NCBI RefSeq assembly: GCF_009914755.1
Contig: NC_060932.1
Strand: one strand, 5' to 3'
Length of the DNA stretch: 64,000 bases
Origin: the human T2T-CHM13v2.0 reference genome, Homo sapiens
Made by a program: the position numbers and the translations under genes. The notes beneath the pieces are model-generated. The model was not told the origin of the DNA. It worked only from the letters and a program-made list of their open reading frames with translations, and made no database searches. Shown in pieces: positions 57,972 through 64,000 of the stretch (position 1 is its first letter; each line of letters opens with the position of its first letter).

Positions 57972-58570
57972 GATTCATTCATTCATTCGCTTACTCCTAT
58001 AGTGCCACATCAATAACTGTGAGTAGGCATTATTCTAGGGTTTCAGATACAGTAGGGAGCAAAACAGGAGAAGCTTCTATCTTCATGGTACTCACCTCTT
58101 AGTGAGGGAAAACAGGCAGTAAACAAAAGGAATAGGCAAAGCAGGTAGTGTGTGGGGTGGGTAACATGCTGGAGGAGAGTAAAGTAGGTATGGCGGTCAG
58201 GGAAGGCCTCACTAAGAAGGTGACACTTTAGTAGGACCTGGAAGCTGCTGAGGAAGAGCCAGGAGGGTGTCTGAGAAAAAGTTTCCTGGCAGAGTGAGAA
58301 CCAAGTGCAAAAGCCTGAGGAAGAAACAGGCTGAGAACATCCGAGGAATAGCAAGGAGCCCAGATTGACTAGAGAGGAATAAGGGATGGGGGAGTGAGCA
58401 GATGGGAGAGGGGCAGGAGGCAGGCGGTGAGAGGCCATGGTTAAACAGAGGGCTAGGGAAAGTTTTGAGCAACCAATAGCTGATTTGCATTTCGATTGGT
58501 TTCCTTTGACTATGTATTAACAATCAACTAAAGGAGGCAAAGGCAGAGTAGAAAAACAGGTTAGGGGGCT
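57972..58570 (-). mobile_element. L2a-like fragment
   Basis: attcattcattcattc tail, tcagggaaggcctcactaagaaggtgacacttt, caagtgcaaaagcctgagg. Confidence 0.8.
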
Positions 58571-58786
58571 TTTTTTTTTGTTTTAATCTAGTGGGAGCAG
58601 GGTGGTACTTGTGAAGGTGTTGAAATGTGGTTCACAATGAAATATCGTTTCACTCCAGTTAGAATGGCTATTATCAAAACAACCAAAAATAACACATGCT
58701 GGCAAGGATGCAGAGAAAAGGGAATTCTTACACACTGTTGGTGGGAATGTAAACTAGTATAGCCACTATAGAGAACAGTATGGAGG

Positions 58787-59491
58787 TGTATCAATCTGTT
58801 CTCTCATGCTGCTATGAAGAGATACCCAAGACTGGGTAATTTATAAAGAAAAAGGTTTAATTGACTCACAGTTATGCATGGCTGGGGAAGCCTCAGGAAA
58901 CTTACAATCATAGTGGAAGGCACTTCTTCACAGGGCAGCAGGAGAGAGAATGAGAGAAGGGAGAAAAGCCCCTTATGTGTTACATTTATATTTTTATATA
59001 TATAATATATATAATACATATTATATATAATATATAATATAATAATATAAATATTGTATATAATGATATATAATATGTGTTACATTTATATTTATATATA
59101 ATGTTATATATTATATACGTGTTATGTTTATATTTATATAATATATATTATATATAGCATATATATGTTTTATATATTATATATAAATATAAATGTAACA
59201 CATATATGGTATATAATATATATTATATGTATATATAATAATTTATATGTATATAAATATAAATGTAACACATAAATATATATAATGATATATAATATTT
59301 ATATTTATTATATTATAATAAAACAATCAGATCTCATAAGAACTCACTCACTATCACAAGAATAGCATGGGGGGACCGCCCACATGATCTACTCACTTCC
59401 CATGGGGTCTCTCTCCCAACACGTGGGGATTACAATTTGGATTACAATGCAAGATGAGATTTGGGTGGGGACACAGAGCCAGACCATATGA
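58787..59491 (-). mobile_element. THE1C/D-like solo LTR containing an AT-rich expansion
   Basis: tgtat...agatttgggtggggacacagagccagaccatatga with a perfect 5-bp TSD GGAGG. Confidence 0.92.
58974..59318. repeat. AT-rich quasi-palindromic array
   Basis: tatgtgttacatttatattt at 58974 and 59074, and its exact reverse complement at 59185 and 59255. Confidence 0.9.
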
Positions 59492-60207
59492 GGAGGTTCC
59501 TCAAAAGACTACAAATAGAACTAGCATGTGATCCAGCCATCCCACTGCTGGGCATTTTTCCAAAGGAAAGGAAATCATTGTGTCAGACATCTGCACCCTC
59601 ATGCTTATTGTAGCTTTATTCACAATAGCAAAGATAGGGAGTCAACCTAGATGTCCAAGAACAGATGAATGGATTAAAAATGTGGCATATATACACAATA
59701 GAGTATTATTCAACCATTAAAACAATGATATCCTGTCATTTGAAGCAATGTGGATGAGCCTGGAGGACATTATGGTAAGTGAAATAAGCCAGAAACAGAA
59801 AGTTAAACACCACATGTTCTCACTCATGCGTAGAAACTAAAAAAAGTTGATCTCATAGAAGTAAAAATTAGAAAAGAAAATACCAGAAACTGGAAAGTGT
59901 AGAAAGAAAGGAAGGATAGGGAGACTATCCTCCTTATCCTTTTATTAAGGGCTACAAAATTACAGCAGATAAGAGGAATAAGTTATCATGTTCTATAGCA
60001 CTGTAGGATGACTTCAGTTAACAATAATAGTTTCAAATAGCTGGAAGGAAGATACTGACTCTTCCCTACATAAACAAATGATAAATGTTTGAGATGATGG
60101 ATGTGCTGATTACCCAGATCTGATCACTGAACACTATATGTATCAAAACATCACTACATACCACATAAATCTGTGCAATTATTATTTGTCAATTTTAAAA
60201 AGTAAAA

Positions 60208-63200
60208 TTGGACTAGAAACAGCTGTGCTCAGAGGCTCCCACCGAGAATAACAAAAATGGCAAGTGAATCCTGCACTGGCAACTGAAGTATCCAGGCTCT
60301 CTCTTTGGGGCTGAGTGGGCACTTGTCATGACCCATGGAGAGTGAGGAAAAACAGGGTGGTGCAACAGCCCATCTTGGAGCCACACAGGGCAAGGGGAAT
60401 GCAACAGCAAGCAACAACAAAAACATCAACAAAAAAGTCCCCACAAAAACCCCATCCAGAGGTCAACAGCTTCAAAAATCAAAGGCAGACAAACTAATGA
60501 AGATAAGAAAGATTCAATGATAAGACACTGAAAAGCCAGAATGCCTCTTTTCCCCCAAATAATCACAACACCTCTCCAGCAAGGGCACAGAATTGGGTGG
60601 AGGCTGAGATGGATAAATTGACAGAAGTAGGCTTCAGAAGGTGGGTAATAACAAGTTTCACTGAGCTGAAGGAGCATGTTCTAACCCAATGCAAAGAAAC
60701 TGAGAACCATTATGAAGCATTACAGGAGCTGTTAACCAGAATAACCAGTTTAGAGAGAAACATAAATGACCTGATGGAGCTGGAAAACACAACACAAGAA
60801 CTTCACAATGCAACCACAAGTATCAATAATGAAATAGACTAAGCAAAGGAAAGAATTTCAGAGCTTGAAGACTATCTTGCTGAAATAAGACAGGCAGACA
60901 CGATTAGAAAAAAAAAAAAAAAGAATGAAAAGGAGTAAACAAAACCCCCAAGAACTATGGGATTACATAAAAAGACCAAACCTACAACTGATTGAGGTAC
61001 CTGAAAGAGACTGGGAAAATGGAACCAAGTTGGAAAACATACTTCAGGATATCATCCAGGGGAACTTCCCCAACCTAACAAGACCAGCCAACATTCAAAT
61101 TCAGGAAATCCAGAGAACCCAAGCAAGATACTGCATGAGAAGATCAACCCCAAGACATATAATCCTCAGAGTCTCCAAGGTTGAAATGAAAGAAAAAATG
61201 TCAAGGGAAGCCAGAGAGAAAGGCCAGGTCACCTACAAATGGAAGCCCATCAGACTAATGGTGGACCTCTCAGCAGAAACCCTACAAGCCAGAAGAGATT
61301 GGGGGTCAATATTCAACATTCTTAAAGAAAAGGATTTCCAAACCAGAATTTCATATCTGGCCAAACTAAGCTTCATAAGCAAAGGAGAAATAAAATCCTT
61401 TTCAGACAAGCAAATTCTGAGGGAATTTGTCACAAGCAGGCCTGCCTTTCAAGAGCTCCTGAAGGAAGCACTAAATATGGAAAGGAAAAACCATTGCCAG
61501 CCACTGCAAAAAACACACTGAAGTACAAAGACCAATGATACTATGAAGCAACTACATAAGTAAGTCTGCAAAATAAACAGCTAGGATCATGATTACAGGA
61601 TCCAAATTCACACATAACAATATTAACCTTAAATTTAAATGGGCTAAATATCCCAATTAAAAGACACATAGTAGCAAGTTGGATAAACAACCAGGACCCA
61701 TTGGTGTGCTCTACTCAAGAGATCCATCTCACATGCAAAGACACACCAGGCTCAAAATAAAGGGATGGTGGAAAATTTACCAAGCAAATGGAAAGTAGAT
61801 AAAAACAGGCGTTGCAATCCAGTTTCTGACAAAACAAACTTTAAACCAACAATGATTAAAAAAAAAGAAAGGCATTACATAACGGTATAGGGATCAATTT
61901 CAACAAGAAGAGCTAACTATCCCTCTCCTAAATATATATGCACCAAATATAGGAGCACCCAGATTCATAAAACAAGTTCTTAGAGACCTACAAAGAGACT
62001 TAGACTCCCACACAATAATAGTGGGATGCTTTAACACCCCACTGTCAATATTAGACAGATTGACAAGACAGAAAATTAACAAGGATATTCAAAACTTGAA
62101 CTCAGCTCTGGATCAAGTGGACCTGATAGATATCTATAGAACTCTCCACCCAAAAACAACGGAATATACATTCTTCTTGGTGCCACATGGCACTTACCCT
62201 AAAATCAATCACATAAATGGAAGTAAAATACTCCTCAGCAAATGCAAAAGAACTGAAATAATAACAAACAGCGTCTCAGACCACAGCACAATCAAATTAG
62301 AACTCAAGATTAAGAAACTCACTCAAAACCACACCACTACATGAAACTGGACAACCTGCTCCTGAATGGCTCCTGGGTAAATAATGAAATTAAGAAAGAA
62401 ATTAAGAAGTTCTTTGAAACCAATGAGAATAAAAGAGACAATATACCAGAATCTCTGGGATGCAGCTAAAGCAGTGTTAAGACGGAAATTTATAGCACTA
62501 AATTCTCACATCAGAAAGCTAGAAAGATCTCAAATTAGCACCCTAACATCACAACTAAAAGAACTAGAGAACCAAGAGCAAACAAACTCAAAAGCTAGCA
62601 GAAGACAAGAAATAACCAAGATCAGAGTGGAACTGAAGGAGATAGAGACTCGAAAAACCCTTCAAAAAATCAATAAATTCAGGAGCATGTTTTTTGAAAA
62701 AAATTAATAAAATAGATAGACTGCTAGCTAAACTAATAAAGAATAAAAGAGAGAATAATTAAATAGACACAATAAAAAATGATAAAGGGGATATGACCAC
62801 TGACCCAACAGAAATACAAACAACCATCAGAGAACACTATAAACACCTCTATGCAAATAAACCAGACAATCTAGAAGAAATGAATAAATTCCTGGACACA
62901 TAACACCCTCTCAAGACTGAACCAGGAAGAAGTTGAATTCCTGATTAGACCATTAACAAGTTCTGAAATTGAGGCAGTAACAAATAGCCTATCATCCAAA
63001 AAAAGCCCAGGACCAGATGGATTTACAGCTGAATTCTACCAGAGGTACAAAGAGAAACTGGTGCCATTTTTTCTGAAACTATTCCAGACAACTGAAAAGG
63101 AGGGACTTCTACCAACAGAACAGAACAGAGGTCCCAGAAATAAGACTGCACATCTACAATGATCTGATCTTCCACAAACCTGACAAAAACAAGCAATTGG

Positions 63201-64000
63201 GAAAGGATTCCCTATTTAATAAATGGTGCTGAGAAAACTGGCTAGCCATATGCAGAAATTTGAAACTGGACCCCTTCCTTACACTTTATACAAAAATAAA
63301 CTCAAGATGGATTAAAGACTTAAATGTAAAACCCAAAACTACAAAAACTCTAGAAGAAAAGCTAGGCAATACTATTTAGGACACAGATATGAGCAAAGAT
63401 TTCATTGAAAACATCAAAAGCAATTGCAACAAAAGCAAAAATTGACAAATGAGATCTAATTAAACTAAAGGATTTCTGCACAGCAAAATAAACTATCATC
63501 AGCATGAACAGACAACCTACAGAATAGGAGAAAATTTTTGCAGTCTATCCATATTACAAAGGTCTAATATCCAGAATCTACAAGGAACTTAAACAAATTT
63601 ACAAGAAAAAAAAATGACAAAATTAAAAAGTAGACAAATGACATGAACAGACACTTCTCAAAAGAAGACATTTATGCAGCCAACAAACATAAGAAAGAAA
63701 GCTCAACATTACTGATCATTAGAGAAATGCAAATCTAAACCACAATGAGATACCATCTCACACCAGTCAGAATGGCGATTACTAAAAAGTCAAGAAACAA
63801 CAGATGCTGGTGAGGCTGTGGAGAAGTGGGAATACTTTTACACTGTTGGTGGGAATGTAAATTAGTTCAACCATTGTGGAAGACAGTGTGGTGATTCCTC
63901 AAAGACCTAGAACCAGAAATACCATTTGACTCAGGAATCTCATTACTGGGTATATACCCAAAGGAAGATAAATCATTCTATTACAAAGATACATACATAT
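60208..64000 (+). mobile_element. L1PA8-10-like element with internal deletions, running off the window end
   Basis: 5'UTR gactagaaacagctg..cccaccgagaa. ORF1 fragments (60597-60842, 60925-61521). ORF2 fragments (62021-62707). RT core deleted at ~63113. Confidence 0.9.

Larger units (their letters stand above)
58630..60207 (+). mobile_element. 5'-truncated L1MA (L1MA3/4-like), split by a THE1 LTR
   Basis: ORF2 C-terminal remnant plus 3'UTR aaattacagcagataagaggaataag...atgataaatgtttgagatgatgg. Confidence 0.85.

Overview
AT-rich primate (human or great-ape-like) genomic DNA made mostly of interspersed repeats. I find no convincing host protein-coding gene: every long ORF belongs to LINE-1 or to a THE1 internal region. 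Main elements: (1) a full-length ~6.17 kb minus-strand L1PA3/PA4-type element (19848-26018, ORFs disrupted), nested in a MER4-group solo LTR that itself sits in an old L1M; (2) a short L1PA2-type insertion with a 5' inversion and an apparent 3' transduction (28487-29327); (3) a complete THE1 LTR-int-LTR provirus (34970-37288); (4) several old L1M elements, four Alus, MaLR/ERVL solo LTRs, hAT DNA-transposon relics, and MIR/L2/L3 fragments. Less ordinary observations: a ~470 bp non-L1 insert carrying a textbook 54-nt exon signature inside an L1MC 3'UTR, a 128-bp dispersed duplication that replaces a MER63 end, a tailless U2 snRNA retrocopy, an isolated L1 5'-end retrocopy, and two AT-rich palindromic arrays. 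I see no evidence of a novel multi-gene system. Subfamily names come from recalled consensus features, not alignments, and the boundaries of old repeats are approximate.
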